Assembly: GCA_016219015.1 (NCBI GenBank)
Contig: JACRCL010000032.1
Span: forward strand, 26,588 to 90,587
DNA length: 64,000 bases
Origin: Deltaproteobacteria bacterium
GTDB lineage: Bacteria; Desulfobacterota; GWC2-55-46
Direction: 5' to 3'
Shown: positions 39,604 to 48,780 of the stretch, piece by piece
Layout of the letters: every line of letters begins with the position of its first letter
Numbering within the stretch: the first letter of the stretch is position 1
Program-made: the position numbers and the translations under genes
The notes under the pieces: model-generated
Databases searched by the model: none
What the model saw: the letters and a program-made list of their open reading frames with translations, nothing else
What the model was told of the DNA's origin: nothing

Positions 39604-42600
39604 ATGATAAGGCCTCGCAACAGTTCTTCGGTTCATCTCAGGGAAAAAGGGTTCTCGCTCATAGAGATGCTCATAGCCATCTTCATTACCGGGGTGGTGG
39701 CGGTATCCCTTTACTCGGTCTATAACATATTCTTCCGGCAGTCGAGCACGCAGGACATGGTCCTCGAGGCGCAGCAGAACGCGAGGGTCGCTATCAACCT
39801 GATGGAGAGGGAGCTCATAAACGCGGGCTACGCCTCGGCCACCCCGGACATAATAACGGTCGCCAACCCGAGCGAGATAGAGTTCATCTATACCGACCCG
39901 GCTACCGACAACAACATAAGCCCCACGGCCGGGAAAAGGCTCAAGGTCAAATACGCCCTCCAGACCACCGGCGGCATCCAGTACCTTACCCGCAAGGCCG
40001 ACAACCTCACCGAAGCCACGACCGGCAACACCGAGAAGGTCATCCCTTACGTCGACAGCCTCGCCTTCGGCTACTTCGAGAGGGAAGGGGAGACGGCCAC
40101 CACCACGACCCAGAACGACAGGAACGAGATAAAGTTCATAACCGTAACCCTCCAGACAAGGACAAAGAGCAACGCCCCCGGCACCTCAAGCCCCAAGACC
40201 TTCAAGGTGGAGACCCATATAAGGCTCAGGAACATCGGGGTGGGGCAGACGGGCCTCGACACCTCCCCTCCGTCCGCGCCCACGGGCCTTCAGGTCAGGG
40301 ACCCCGGCGTATGCGGCAGGCTCAAGGTGAAATGGACCAAGAACACCGAGGGCGACATCTCGGGCTATAAGATATACTACGGCACTGCCTCGGGCAATTA
40401 TACGGGCGTCATAAACGTCCCGATGGCGGTCCTTGCCGGTTCTACATACAGCTGCACCGAGGCCGGCTCATCGATAGAGTGCTCCATATTCCCATCGAGC
40501 CCGACCCTCGGCTACGTGGCCTCCAACGCCGCTGCCGGCACCGAGACGGTCTACTATGTCGCCGCGAAGGCCTACGACAATTCTCTAAACCACAGCTCGT
40601 TCTCAGGCGAGGTGAGCGGCAACCCCGCCACCAGCAACGCCGTTTTCGACGCAGGCGCTGACGACAGCACGATAAACCCGGAAAAGCCCGCTGCCGTAGC
40701 CGGGCTTACCGCTGCAGACGGGGCAGCCGACGGGCAGGTAAACCTTAGCTGGACGGCTTACGATTATACGACCGCCAACCCCGGGGTCGTCGGCTTCAGG
40801 GTCTACAGGTCCGCTAACCCGTTCGCGTCGTACCCCATAGAGCCGGGCGCGGGGATAGAATGGATAGCCGGAGAGCCGGGCAGCGGCATGCCCGAGATAA
40901 GCTCCTCGGCCACCGCCTACACGGACCCGGGCCCAGGACTTGTCGGGTGCAGGAAGTACTACTACGCCATAGCGCCGGTCAACTGCGACCCGACGCTTAT
41001 AACCGATAACGGCGGCGACCCTGATTCGAAGAAGTACCTCCAGGCCGAATACAACGCCACATGCGGCGACGGCGTAGCGGCCTGCTCTCCTGGCTCCGGC
41101 TTCGCCTCCGTGACAGGCTCGGATACCGCGCCCAGAAAGACCACCGTGCCGTCAGCCCCGACCATAAACGCGAGGGCCGGGTGGAAGAGGGTCGCGCTGT
41201 CGCTTACGCAGCCGGCTGATACGGACCTCGACCAGACATGCGTCTATGAGAACGACAGCGCGTCTTACCCGGAGCTTCTTACCGATACTACGAGCTATCC
41301 GAAGGTGAGCAAGTGCTACCAGGCTAATATCACGGTAACGCCTGACGCGAGGCTTGTCCCGGACTCCGGCGGCATATTCACCTCCACCGAGGTAGCGCCG
41401 TCGCAGTCCACATCTTTCTGGCATGATTCGATGACCTTGGAGAACCCCGGCACGCCGTCGCTGGCCGAAACGGGGACGTATTCGTACAGGGCCGTCTCCT
41501 TCGACCTCTGCGGCAACGGCTCGGCGCCCTCGGCGGCGCAGGCCACGACCATACTCTGCGGCGAGGACCCGTCCACCGGAGAAAAGCCCCCGGCGGTAAC
41601 GGCTGCGCAGTTCTCGAACTGCGACTCCCCGGCAGGGCTCACGTGGACGGCCGTTTCAAGCGACACGGCCTTCCCCTCCTCGCCGGACAACCCCTACGAC
41701 CTCGCCGGGTACAGGGTCTTCAGGGCCACAAGCCCGGTCTTCACGACGTCGACGATGGTATCCGGAGCGGCCCCCTTCTGGGGCACCTCGTATAACGATA
41801 CGACTATAACCGAGGGAGGGACTTACTATTACAGGGTCGTATCGACGGACTGCCCGTATGAGCGCGTAGACCCCTCGGAGGCCGTAATAAAGACCGACAT
41901 GGTCAATAACGTGCTCCATTCGGCCCTCCTTGGCCCCGTCAAGCCTGGCAGGATAGACAGGGACTTGAAGTGCGAGGACACGGTAGGGGCCGTTGACAGC
42001 GTATGCAACAAGGCCAACCCGCAGCACAGGGAGATACTGACCGGCGTTTCCATGAACAACTCAAGCGGCACCGGCAACGGAAGCAGCACGCCGGGGACGT
42101 CCTTTACGCATAACGCCATAACGATGTTTTTCAACAACACCAGCGCCGGGACGATGACGATAACCGGCGCAACGGTGAACTGGGTGAACTCGGCCGCCTT
42201 CCTGAGGGAAGTAAAGATAGGCGGCGGCAGGAGCGGCGTCGGGCAGACGTCGACGAACATCCCGCAGGCCTCCACCGTAGCCTCCGGCACTTCTCCTTAC
42301 ACGAGCATGGTGTCGAACGTGACGCTTACGAGCGCGCAGATACCGGCGGGCGCGCGCTATGTGCCGGTAAAGTTCGAGTTCAAGGACTCCGGCGGCACGA
42401 GCGCGGTGGACATGAGGGACGACCAGCTCCTTGTAACGCTCCAGGTCACCAACGACACGAGCGGGACAACGACGTGCGCCGCTTACCTGACAATATCACA
42501 GGTGCAGGAGGGCATAATCGTCCCCTTCGGGCCGTCTGTCTCGGCCACACAGCAGAACCAGCCCGCCAGCCCGACCTTCAGCTACGCGGTTCCGGGCTCG

Positions 42601-44001
42601 ACCGGGCTTAACAGCGTGCCGAACGGCTCGAACGGGTCGATAGTGGCCGGCTCAGGCACGACCGTCACGGTCTCGGCGAGCGTTCTGAGCAACACCACCG
42701 ACGAGGCCACGGGCTCCAAGATAGCCATATCTACGGCGAAGCTCTATTACAAGGCGACCGACAAGACGACCACTACGCCGCCAACGTCCGGCTTTACCGA
42801 GGTCACGATGACCCGGAGCGGCAACATCTGGTCCGGGAACATACCCGCCGAGGACGGCGAGAGGGTCTGGTACTACATAGTGGCCACCGACGCGGACGGG
42901 AACTGGGACAGGGACCCGGAGATAGCCGACGGCGCGTACGTCTACGACCAGGACAACTTCGACGCCTGCAACGTCACGCCCAACCCGCCGACGAACCTGA
43001 CGGCCACGCCGAGCGGCGCGAGCACCATAAACCTCGCATGGACCGCGACCGCAACATATACGAACGGGGCTGCGATAAACCCCTCGGACTCCATCGTATA
43101 CAGGATATCCCGGACGCCTGTATTCGCCACCCAGCCCGCGGACCAGGCCGGCACGACCTACTCCAACACCGGGCTTGCGGCGGGCGTCTACAGCTACACG
43201 GTAAAGGCAAAGAACTCGTGCTCCACCTCCGAGAGGATAAGCGCTAATTCCAATACGGCCGCTTCCTGCGTGGGCAACACGGCGCAGGCGACGCTGTCGG
43301 TAGATAAGACTCAGCTTTACAGGGGCGACAGCTATACGGTCACAATAGTCGACTGCTACGCCATGAGGACGGACATACCCGTAACGCCCCCGACCTACGG
43401 CGCGAGCATACAGACCGTAAACGGCGCGGACGCGAACTTCAACGGTTTCACCAACACGAGCACCGCGCCCGGGTCTTACAGCCCGTCGTTCGACGAGACG
43501 GGCGCTGCCACCGGCACCTTCGTAAAGACCATAACGACCACGAGCGACGCTACGGACTCCACAAAGCTCCTCGTGCTGCCGACGGACACGATAACGGTGA
43601 CCTATCCGTTCGCGACCCCGGCAACCAAGACAGTAAGCGTGATAGTCGACCCGTGCACCACTACGCCCAAGGCTCCGACCGCGCTCACCGGCTCCACGAC
43701 CGGCCAGAACATAACGGTATCGTGGACAGGGGTTACGCAGAACACCGACAACTCCGCCATAACGGACCTCGCCGGGTACAGGATATACGAGAAGGTCTGC
43801 GCCAACGGCAAGCCTAACTGCACGGGCTCCGACATAGTGGCCGACTGGTTCCTGAGGACGAGCGTGACAGGGGCGGTCACCAAGACCGTGGACGCCGACC
43901 AGGGCAACCTGAGCCAGAGGATATACTACTTCAAGGTGACGGCCTACGACACGTGCTCCACGCCAAAAGAGAGCGCGTACTCGAACACGTGGAACGAATA
44001 G
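39604..44001 (+). CDS. Giant PilW-like prepilin-type protein (1465 aa) with about six FN3-like modules; putative pilus tip adhesin
   Basis: N-terminus MIRPRNSSSVHLREKG|FSLIEMLIAIFITGVVAVSLYSVYNIFFRQSSTQDMVLEAQQNARVAINLMERELINAGY is a classic PilW-type prepilin domain (~210 aa). The ~1250-aa extension that follows carries recurring FN3-like signatures. Examples: P-S/P-A-P-T-x-L, then NLSWTA / ITVSWTG / LTWTAV, then GYRVFRA / GFRVYRS / GYRIYEK / GYKIYYG, then YYYRVVSTD / YYFKVTAYD / YYVAAKAYD. Confidence 0.75.
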   Translation: MIRPRNSSSVHLREKGFSLIEMLIAIFITGVVAVSLYSVYNIFFRQSSTQDMVLEAQQNARVAINLMERELINAGYASATPDIITVANPSEIEFIYTDPATDNNISPTAGKRLKVKYALQTTGGIQYLTRKADNLTEATTGNTEKVIPYVDSLAFGYFEREGETATTTTQNDRNEIKFITVTLQTRTKSNAPGTSSPKTFKVETHIRLRNIGVGQTGLDTSPPSAPTGLQVRDPGVCGRLKVKWTKNTEGDISGYKIYYGTASGNYTGVINVPMAVLAGSTYSCTEAGSSIECSIFPSSPTLGYVASNAAAGTETVYYVAAKAYDNSLNHSSFSGEVSGNPATSNAVFDAGADDSTINPEKPAAVAGLTAADGAADGQVNLSWTAYDYTTANPGVVGFRVYRSANPFASYPIEPGAGIEWIAGEPGSGMPEISSSATAYTDPGPGLVGCRKYYYAIAPVNCDPTLITDNGGDPDSKKYLQAEYNATCGDGVAACSPGSGFASVTGSDTAPRKTTVPSAPTINARAGWKRVALSLTQPADTDLDQTCVYENDSASYPELLTDTTSYPKVSKCYQANITVTPDARLVPDSGGIFTSTEVAPSQSTSFWHDSMTLENPGTPSLAETGTYSYRAVSFDLCGNGSAPSAAQATTILCGEDPSTGEKPPAVTAAQFSNCDSPAGLTWTAVSSDTAFPSSPDNPYDLAGYRVFRATSPVFTTSTMVSGAAPFWGTSYNDTTITEGGTYYYRVVSTDCPYERVDPSEAVIKTDMVNNVLHSALLGPVKPGRIDRDLKCEDTVGAVDSVCNKANPQHREILTGVSMNNSSGTGNGSSTPGTSFTHNAITMFFNNTSAGTMTITGATVNWVNSAAFLREVKIGGGRSGVGQTSTNIPQASTVASGTSPYTSMVSNVTLTSAQIPAGARYVPVKFEFKDSGGTSAVDMRDDQLLVTLQVTNDTSGTTTCAAYLTISQVQEGIIVPFGPSVSATQQNQPASPTFSYAVPGSTGLNSVPNGSNGSIVAGSGTTVTVSASVLSNTTDEATGSKIAISTAKLYYKATDKTTTTPPTSGFTEVTMTRSGNIWSGNIPAEDGERVWYYIVATDADGNWDRDPEIADGAYVYDQDNFDACNVTPNPPTNLTATPSGASTINLAWTATATYTNGAAINPSDSIVYRISRTPVFATQPADQAGTTYSNTGLAAGVYSYTVKAKNSCSTSERISANSNTAASCVGNTAQATLSVDKTQLYRGDSYTVTIVDCYAMRTDIPVTPPTYGASIQTVNGADANFNGFTNTSTAPGSYSPSFDETGAATGTFVKTITTTSDATDSTKLLVLPTDTITVTYPFATPATKTVSVIVDPCTTTPKAPTALTGSTTGQNITVSWTGVTQNTDNSAITDLAGYRIYEKVCANGKPNCTGSDIVADWFLRTSVTGAVTKTVDADQGNLSQRIYYFKVTAYDTCSTPKESAYSNTWNE

Positions 44002-44023
44002 CCCTTAATGGAAAGGCGGCGTC

Positions 44024-45283
44024 ATGAAGGCTATGGACAAATTAAAGAGCGATAAGGGCTTCATCCTCATACTCGCGCTCGTGACCATGCTCGCGATGAC
44101 CCTCATCGGCATAAGCGTGGTCATGAACATGACGACCGACCTGGGACTTTCCCGGAACGAGCGCGAGGCCAAGCTCGCCACGCAATTGGCCGAGTCCGGG
44201 ATAAACGAGGCGATATCCCGCCTCCACCTCGCCAAAGTGAAGGCGCGCTACGTCGGGGAGGATACCGGGGATGCCGGCTACAGGGCCACCGGATGGAACT
44301 CGGACGATTCCAAGAACTTCGGCTACAACGGGAGCGCCGACAGGAGGAGCGCCGACAACCTCAAATACTCGGTCGACATAAAGTACCTCGACGAGACTAA
44401 CACCGAGGGCTTCTGCGACAGCAACAACAACGTAAGCCCGAACACCTCTTTAAACTCATCCACCTACCCGGCGGCATGGACGTGCGACAACGCCACGCCC
44501 GAGATAGTCATGTTCGGCCGGGACTTCAAGATGAACGACACTCTTACGAAGATAAGCTACGGCAAGCTCCCGGTCTACAGGATAACCTCCACCGGCACCT
44601 CGAACGACACGACGAAGACGATCATAGCCTACGTGGGCGCGAGCAACCTCAATACCGACACCGACTCCGCCATAAACACCAACGGGTGCGTGAACATCAA
44701 CGGCGGGTCTACCACGATAAGCGGAGGGGTGAAGGAGGCGGGCACCGGCGGTTGCACCACCTGCAACGACGGTATCTCCTGCAACACGAAGTCGTCCGAC
44801 GACTTGCAGACCTACCTCGGGATGGAACTGACCGAGGTGATAAACATGGCCAACGAGAAGCACAAGTGCAAGAACATCACCTGCAGCGCCGCGGGCGACG
44901 ACATCCCGTCGAGCGGCAAGATAGATACCGTGGTGACCGACTGGGGCGACTACGCGGGCAACTCATACTCGACCATGATATACATCGACAACTCCGGCGG
45001 CAAGGAGGTCGAGATTTCGGGCAATTTCCAGGGCAGGGGCATCCTTATCGTGACGGGGGACCTGAAGCTTTCCGGCACGCTTGCCTACGAGGGCCTCATC
45101 TATGTCTTAGGCAATCTCACCATAAGCGGCGGCGGCAGCGACCTTAACGTCACGGGGGGGGTCATGGCCAGCAACACCGTGGGCCTGAACGGCAACGTCT
45201 CCGTCACCTACGACCAGCAGACGCTCCTGGACGTGTCCAAGGAGAACTCCACCTCGGCCGTAATCCTCTGGAAAAGGCTTTGA
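44024..45283 (+). CDS. PilX-like pilus assembly protein, enlarged (419 aa) and Cys-rich
   Basis: N-terminus MKAMDKLKSDKG|FILILALVTMLAMTLIGISVVMNMTTDLGLSRNEREAKLATQLAESGINEAISRL is typical of the PilX N-terminal domain. Typical PilX is ~200 aa; this one has a long Thr/Asn/Cys-rich C-terminal part. Confidence 0.7.
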   Translation: MKAMDKLKSDKGFILILALVTMLAMTLIGISVVMNMTTDLGLSRNEREAKLATQLAESGINEAISRLHLAKVKARYVGEDTGDAGYRATGWNSDDSKNFGYNGSADRRSADNLKYSVDIKYLDETNTEGFCDSNNNVSPNTSLNSSTYPAAWTCDNATPEIVMFGRDFKMNDTLTKISYGKLPVYRITSTGTSNDTTKTIIAYVGASNLNTDTDSAINTNGCVNINGGSTTISGGVKEAGTGGCTTCNDGISCNTKSSDDLQTYLGMELTEVINMANEKHKCKNITCSAAGDDIPSSGKIDTVVTDWGDYAGNSYSTMIYIDNSGGKEVEISGNFQGRGILIVTGDLKLSGTLAYEGLIYVLGNLTISGGGSDLNVTGGVMASNTVGLNGNVSVTYDQQTLLDVSKENSTSAVILWKRL

Positions 45284-45598
45284 GCCGGGAAGTTCCCTGT
45301 GGTTTGCCGCGGGGTTCCCTGTAAAACCCCTCCCCCTTGACGGGGGAGGGTAGGGTGGGGGTGAAATGGGTTGTCGGTTTACGGTTATCGGTTATCAGCA
45401 GATAACGGACAACCGATAACTGATAACTTTCAAAAAAAACTCACCCTCCCCTCAGTCCCCTCCCGTCAGGGAGGGGAGATTAAGTAGATACCCCGGGGCT
45501 TGCTCCGGGGGGGCATAATAAAACTTTTCAGATTTTCCTAAATTTTTTTTTTGCCCGTCCGATATTATATATAATTATGTATCAATTAAAAAAATAGA

Positions 45599-45627
45599 TT
45601 GACATTTAAACCATATTGGAATAGATT
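45599..45627 (+). promoter_or_regulatory. Putative sigma70 promoter for the HTH-pilMNOPQ unit
   Basis: ttgaca, 17-nt spacer, tagatt, inside a ~200-bp AT-rich tract. Confidence 0.35.
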
Positions 45628-45753
45628 TCAATCAACTATCCTGAAAGCAGGCATAAGTTTGAGTAAAATAGCTGAAATTCCGGTAAATTCCCGTTATGTG
45701 ACTTTGGTGCTTGTTTTATGAACAGAAATAATCTAAAAAAGGTAAGAGAGAAC

Positions 45754-45915
45754 ATGCTCCTCTCGAAATCCGAGCTGGCTCGGAAGGCCGGTATCTCGCC
45801 TCTGACGATAGACAGGATAGAGAAGGGCTACCCGTGCAGGGTCGACACCAAGAGGAAGATCCTCCAGGCGCTGGGGCTCAGGGTAACCGATAAGGGGAAG
45901 GTATTCACGGAGTAA
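45754..45915 (+). CDS. Small XRE-family helix-turn-helix protein
   Basis: MLLSKSELARKAGISPLTIDRIEKG is an HTH_XRE signature. The ATG at 45754 follows RBS gagag. The track ORF starts at 45718 with no RBS. Confidence 0.6.
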   Translation: MLLSKSELARKAGISPLTIDRIEKGYPCRVDTKRKILQALGLRVTDKGKVFTE

Positions 45916-45924
45916 CGGGGGTTT

Positions 45925-46995
45925 ATGAATTTAGAGATGCCTTTTCTAAGGAAGAAAGACTCTGTCGCCTTTGACATAGGGTCCAGTTCCATAAAGCTCG
46001 TCCAGATGAACCGCACCAAGAGGGGTTGGGAGCTTGTAAAGCTCGGGGCCGCGGAACTGCCTCCCGAGGCCATCGTCGACGGCTCGATAATAGACTCCAT
46101 GACCGTGACCAACACCTTGAAGGACCTCATCAAGGAGCATAACGTAAAGGTCAAGGACGCGGTATCCTCCCTTACGGGCCACTCGGTCATCATAAAGAAG
46201 GTCAGCTTCCCCGCCATGACGGAGGAGGAACTGGCTGACTCCATCCAGTGGGAGGCCGAGCAGTACATCCCGTTCCCGATAACCGACGTAAACATAGATT
46301 TCCAGATACTCGGCGCCGACACCGAGGGCAGGGGCCAGATGGACGTTATGCTGGTGGCCGTGAAAAAGGACGTCATAAACGACTACACGAACGTCATCAA
46401 GGAAGCGGGCCTGAACCCGGTCGTCATAGACGTCGATTCCTTCGCGCTCGAAAACATGATGGAGATAAACTACCCCATGACCCCCGGCGAGAACCTCGCC
46501 ATGGTGAACGTGGGCGCCTCGATAACCTCCATAAGCGTCATACTCGGCGGCCTCACCATCTTCACGAGGTCCATACCCATGGGCGGCAACCAGTTCACGG
46601 AAGAGATACAGAGGCAGATGAACATAAGCTTCAAGGAGGCCGAGGAGCTGAAGACCGGCAAAAAGGCCGGCTCGGCCGAGGCGAACTCGATGCCCTACGC
46701 GATAGACACCGTGTCCACGAACCTCACCTTCGAGGTGAAAAGGTCGCTGGACTTCTTCCTCGGCGGCAGCCAGGGCTCCTACGTGAACAAGATATACTTG
46801 AGCGGCGGCGGGTCCAAGATAACGGGTCTTCAGAACCTCATGCAGGAGAAGACCTCGATACCGGTGGAGACCGTCAACCCCTTCAAGAACGTAGAGGCGA
46901 GCCCCAAGCAATTCGATAAGGAGAAGTTGAAGGAAATGGCGCCTCTTTTCGGCGTGGCCGTGGGCCTGGCCACGAGGAGGTTCGCCGACAGATGA
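45925..46995 (+). CDS. pilM: Type IV pilus assembly protein PilM (actin-like ATPase fold)
   Basis: FDIGSSSIKLVQM near the N-terminus, ~356 aa. Gene order M-N-O-P-Q follows. Confidence 0.9.
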   Translation: MNLEMPFLRKKDSVAFDIGSSSIKLVQMNRTKRGWELVKLGAAELPPEAIVDGSIIDSMTVTNTLKDLIKEHNVKVKDAVSSLTGHSVIIKKVSFPAMTEEELADSIQWEAEQYIPFPITDVNIDFQILGADTEGRGQMDVMLVAVKKDVINDYTNVIKEAGLNPVVIDVDSFALENMMEINYPMTPGENLAMVNVGASITSISVILGGLTIFTRSIPMGGNQFTEEIQRQMNISFKEAEELKTGKKAGSAEANSMPYAIDTVSTNLTFEVKRSLDFFLGGSQGSYVNKIYLSGGGSKITGLQNLMQEKTSIPVETVNPFKNVEASPKQFDKEKLKEMAPLFGVAVGLATRRFADR

Positions 46996-47564
46996 TACGC
47001 ATAAACCTCCTGCCCGTAAGGGCCGCCAAGAAAAAAGAGTCCATGAGGTTCCAGGTCACGGTAGCCGGCCTCATCACCTTCTTCGTCTTCGCCGTCTCCA
47101 TGGTCGCTTATTTCACCGTGAGGGGCGAGGCCAACTCCTTAAGCGACCAAATTTCGCGCGGGAACCAGGAGATAGAGGAGCTCAAGAAAAAGATAGGCGA
47201 GCTCTCAAAGATAAAAGAGCAGAAGAGGATAGTCGAGGAAAAACTCAAGATAATAACCGACCTCGAGGCCGCGCGCACCGGCCCGGTGAAGCTCTTCAAG
47301 AGGATCAGCGGGGCCATCCCGGAGAAGGCCTGGCTCCAGTCCATGAAGGACGACGGCTCGCTCGTGGTGTTGAAGGGCTACGCCGCCGACGACGAGATCG
47401 TGGCGGACTTCATGCGGGGCCTCCAGAAGAACAGGGAGCTCGGCAGCGTGGAGCTCGAGATAGCGCAGAGGATGATGGAGAAGGAAACCGGCATGGAGCT
47501 CGTGAGCTTCACCATAAGGCTTGAGAAGGAAAAGGAGAGGCCCGTACAGAGGGAGAAGAAGTAG
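46992..47564 (+). CDS. pilN: Type IV pilus assembly protein PilN
   Basis: N-terminal MIRINLLPVRAAKKKE, a single transmembrane segment and a coiled-coil. Overlaps the pilM stop. Confidence 0.85.
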   Translation: MIRINLLPVRAAKKKESMRFQVTVAGLITFFVFAVSMVAYFTVRGEANSLSDQISRGNQEIEELKKKIGELSKIKEQKRIVEEKLKIITDLEAARTGPVKLFKRISGAIPEKAWLQSMKDDGSLVVLKGYAADDEIVADFMRGLQKNRELGSVELEIAQRMMEKETGMELVSFTIRLEKEKERPVQREKK

Positions 47565-48185
47565 ATGGCGATACCCCTGAAGATAAACCTTGACTCGGTG
47601 ATAAAGCTCCCGCTGCCCAAGAGGATAATGATCCTCGCGGCGGTGAACATCGTCATAGTCGGCGCGGTCTACTGGTTCCTCATAGGCCCCAAATACACCG
47701 AGGTTAAGGGCCTCCGTGGACAGCTCCAGGAGTTGAACGTAAAGCTCACGGAGAACAGGCTGATTGCCGCCGACATACCGAAATACATCCACGACAAAGA
47801 GGAGATGGAAGACAAGCTCAGGAACGCGGTCGCCCAGCTCCCTAACGAGAAGGAGATACCCGACCTTATCGACAGCATCAGCAGCGCCGGAGAGAAGTCG
47901 GGCCTCAAGATACTCATCTTCAAGCCCGGCAAGGAGGTCAAGAAGGGCTTCTACGCGGAGGTCCCGGTGAGCATGTCCGTCGAGGGCAAGTTCGAGAGCC
48001 TCTACGACTTCAGCGACAAGGTCGGGCATTTCCCGAGAATAGTAAACATATCCGGGATGGACATATTATCCACCGGCCACAGGAACAGGGTGCCGGTGCT
48101 GAAGGCAAGCTTCACCGCCACTACCTTCAGGTTCATACCGGCCCCTCCCGAGGGAGCGCAAGCGCAAGGAGCGCCTAAAAAATAA
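47565..48185 (+). CDS. pilO: Type IV pilus assembly protein PilO
   Basis: Single transmembrane segment, coiled-coil, ~200 aa. Its position between pilN and pilP supports the call. Confidence 0.8.
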   Translation: MAIPLKINLDSVIKLPLPKRIMILAAVNIVIVGAVYWFLIGPKYTEVKGLRGQLQELNVKLTENRLIAADIPKYIHDKEEMEDKLRNAVAQLPNEKEIPDLIDSISSAGEKSGLKILIFKPGKEVKKGFYAEVPVSMSVEGKFESLYDFSDKVGHFPRIVNISGMDILSTGHRNRVPVLKASFTATTFRFIPAPPEGAQAQGAPKK

Positions 48186-48715
48186 TGGCAAGGACTTTTA
48201 AGATAACGGCCCTGGCAGTCCTGGTCCCTCTCGTCTTTCTCTCGTGCAAAAAGCAGGAGCAGCCCTCGCCCCCGCCGCCCGTGAAGAAGGCCCCGGCGGC
48301 CCAGAGCGCGCCCGCGGTCCCGGCCGGCGGCGCGGATACCTCGGCCCCGGCGGACTCGACGACCGACGCGAGGAACCGTAACCCGTTCCTGAGCCATATA
48401 CTCCTTATGAAAGGGATTGAAGGGCCCAGGAAGATGAAAGGGCCGATAGAATGCTGCGACCTTACCCTTTTCAGGCTCGTCGCGGTGGTGGCAAGCCCGG
48501 AGAGCTCCTTCGCGCTCGTGCAGGCCCCTGACGGCAAGAGGTACGTCGTGAAGAAAGGGGACCTCATAGGGTCGAGGGAAGGCAGGATATCAAGGATCGA
48601 GCAGAGGTCGATAACGGTAAGGGAATACAACAAGGACGAGAACGGCAAGGTCGTCTCTTCCGAGGATATAGAGCTAAAGATACCGACCGAGAAGGAATCC
48701 CCCCAGAAGCGCTAA
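48185..48715 (+). CDS. pilP: Type IV pilus assembly lipoprotein PilP
   Basis: Lipoprotein signal VLVPLVFLSCKK, Pro/Ala-rich linker, C-terminal beta domain. The start overlaps the pilO stop (ATAATG). Confidence 0.75.
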   Translation: MARTFKITALAVLVPLVFLSCKKQEQPSPPPPVKKAPAAQSAPAVPAGGADTSAPADSTTDARNRNPFLSHILLMKGIEGPRKMKGPIECCDLTLFRLVAVVASPESSFALVQAPDGKRYVVKKGDLIGSREGRISRIEQRSITVREYNKDENGKVVSSEDIELKIPTEKESPQKR

Positions 48716-48780
48716 AGGCGCTTCCGGTTTTTTTGCCCGTTGATTTGCCAATCAAGCGATTGAGATTGCAGGAGGTCTCT

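Noticed and set aside
40962-42290. Several 60-150-aa ORFs in other frames within the giant PilW-like gene
   Set aside because: They sit inside a single uninterrupted 4.4-kb + frame that has a consistent domain repeat pattern. They have no RBS and are most likely spurious.
45284-45753. CRISPR array or leader in the structured pilX-pilM intergenic region
   Set aside because: The repeats are short half-site arrays and hairpins. There are no regularly spaced 25-40-bp direct repeats with unique spacers anywhere in the window.
45718-45753. Longer start for the small HTH gene (ATG at 45718)
   Set aside because: No RBS upstream of 45718, whereas gagag precedes the ATG at 45754. The HTH domain is complete from the downstream start. 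Low certainty either way.
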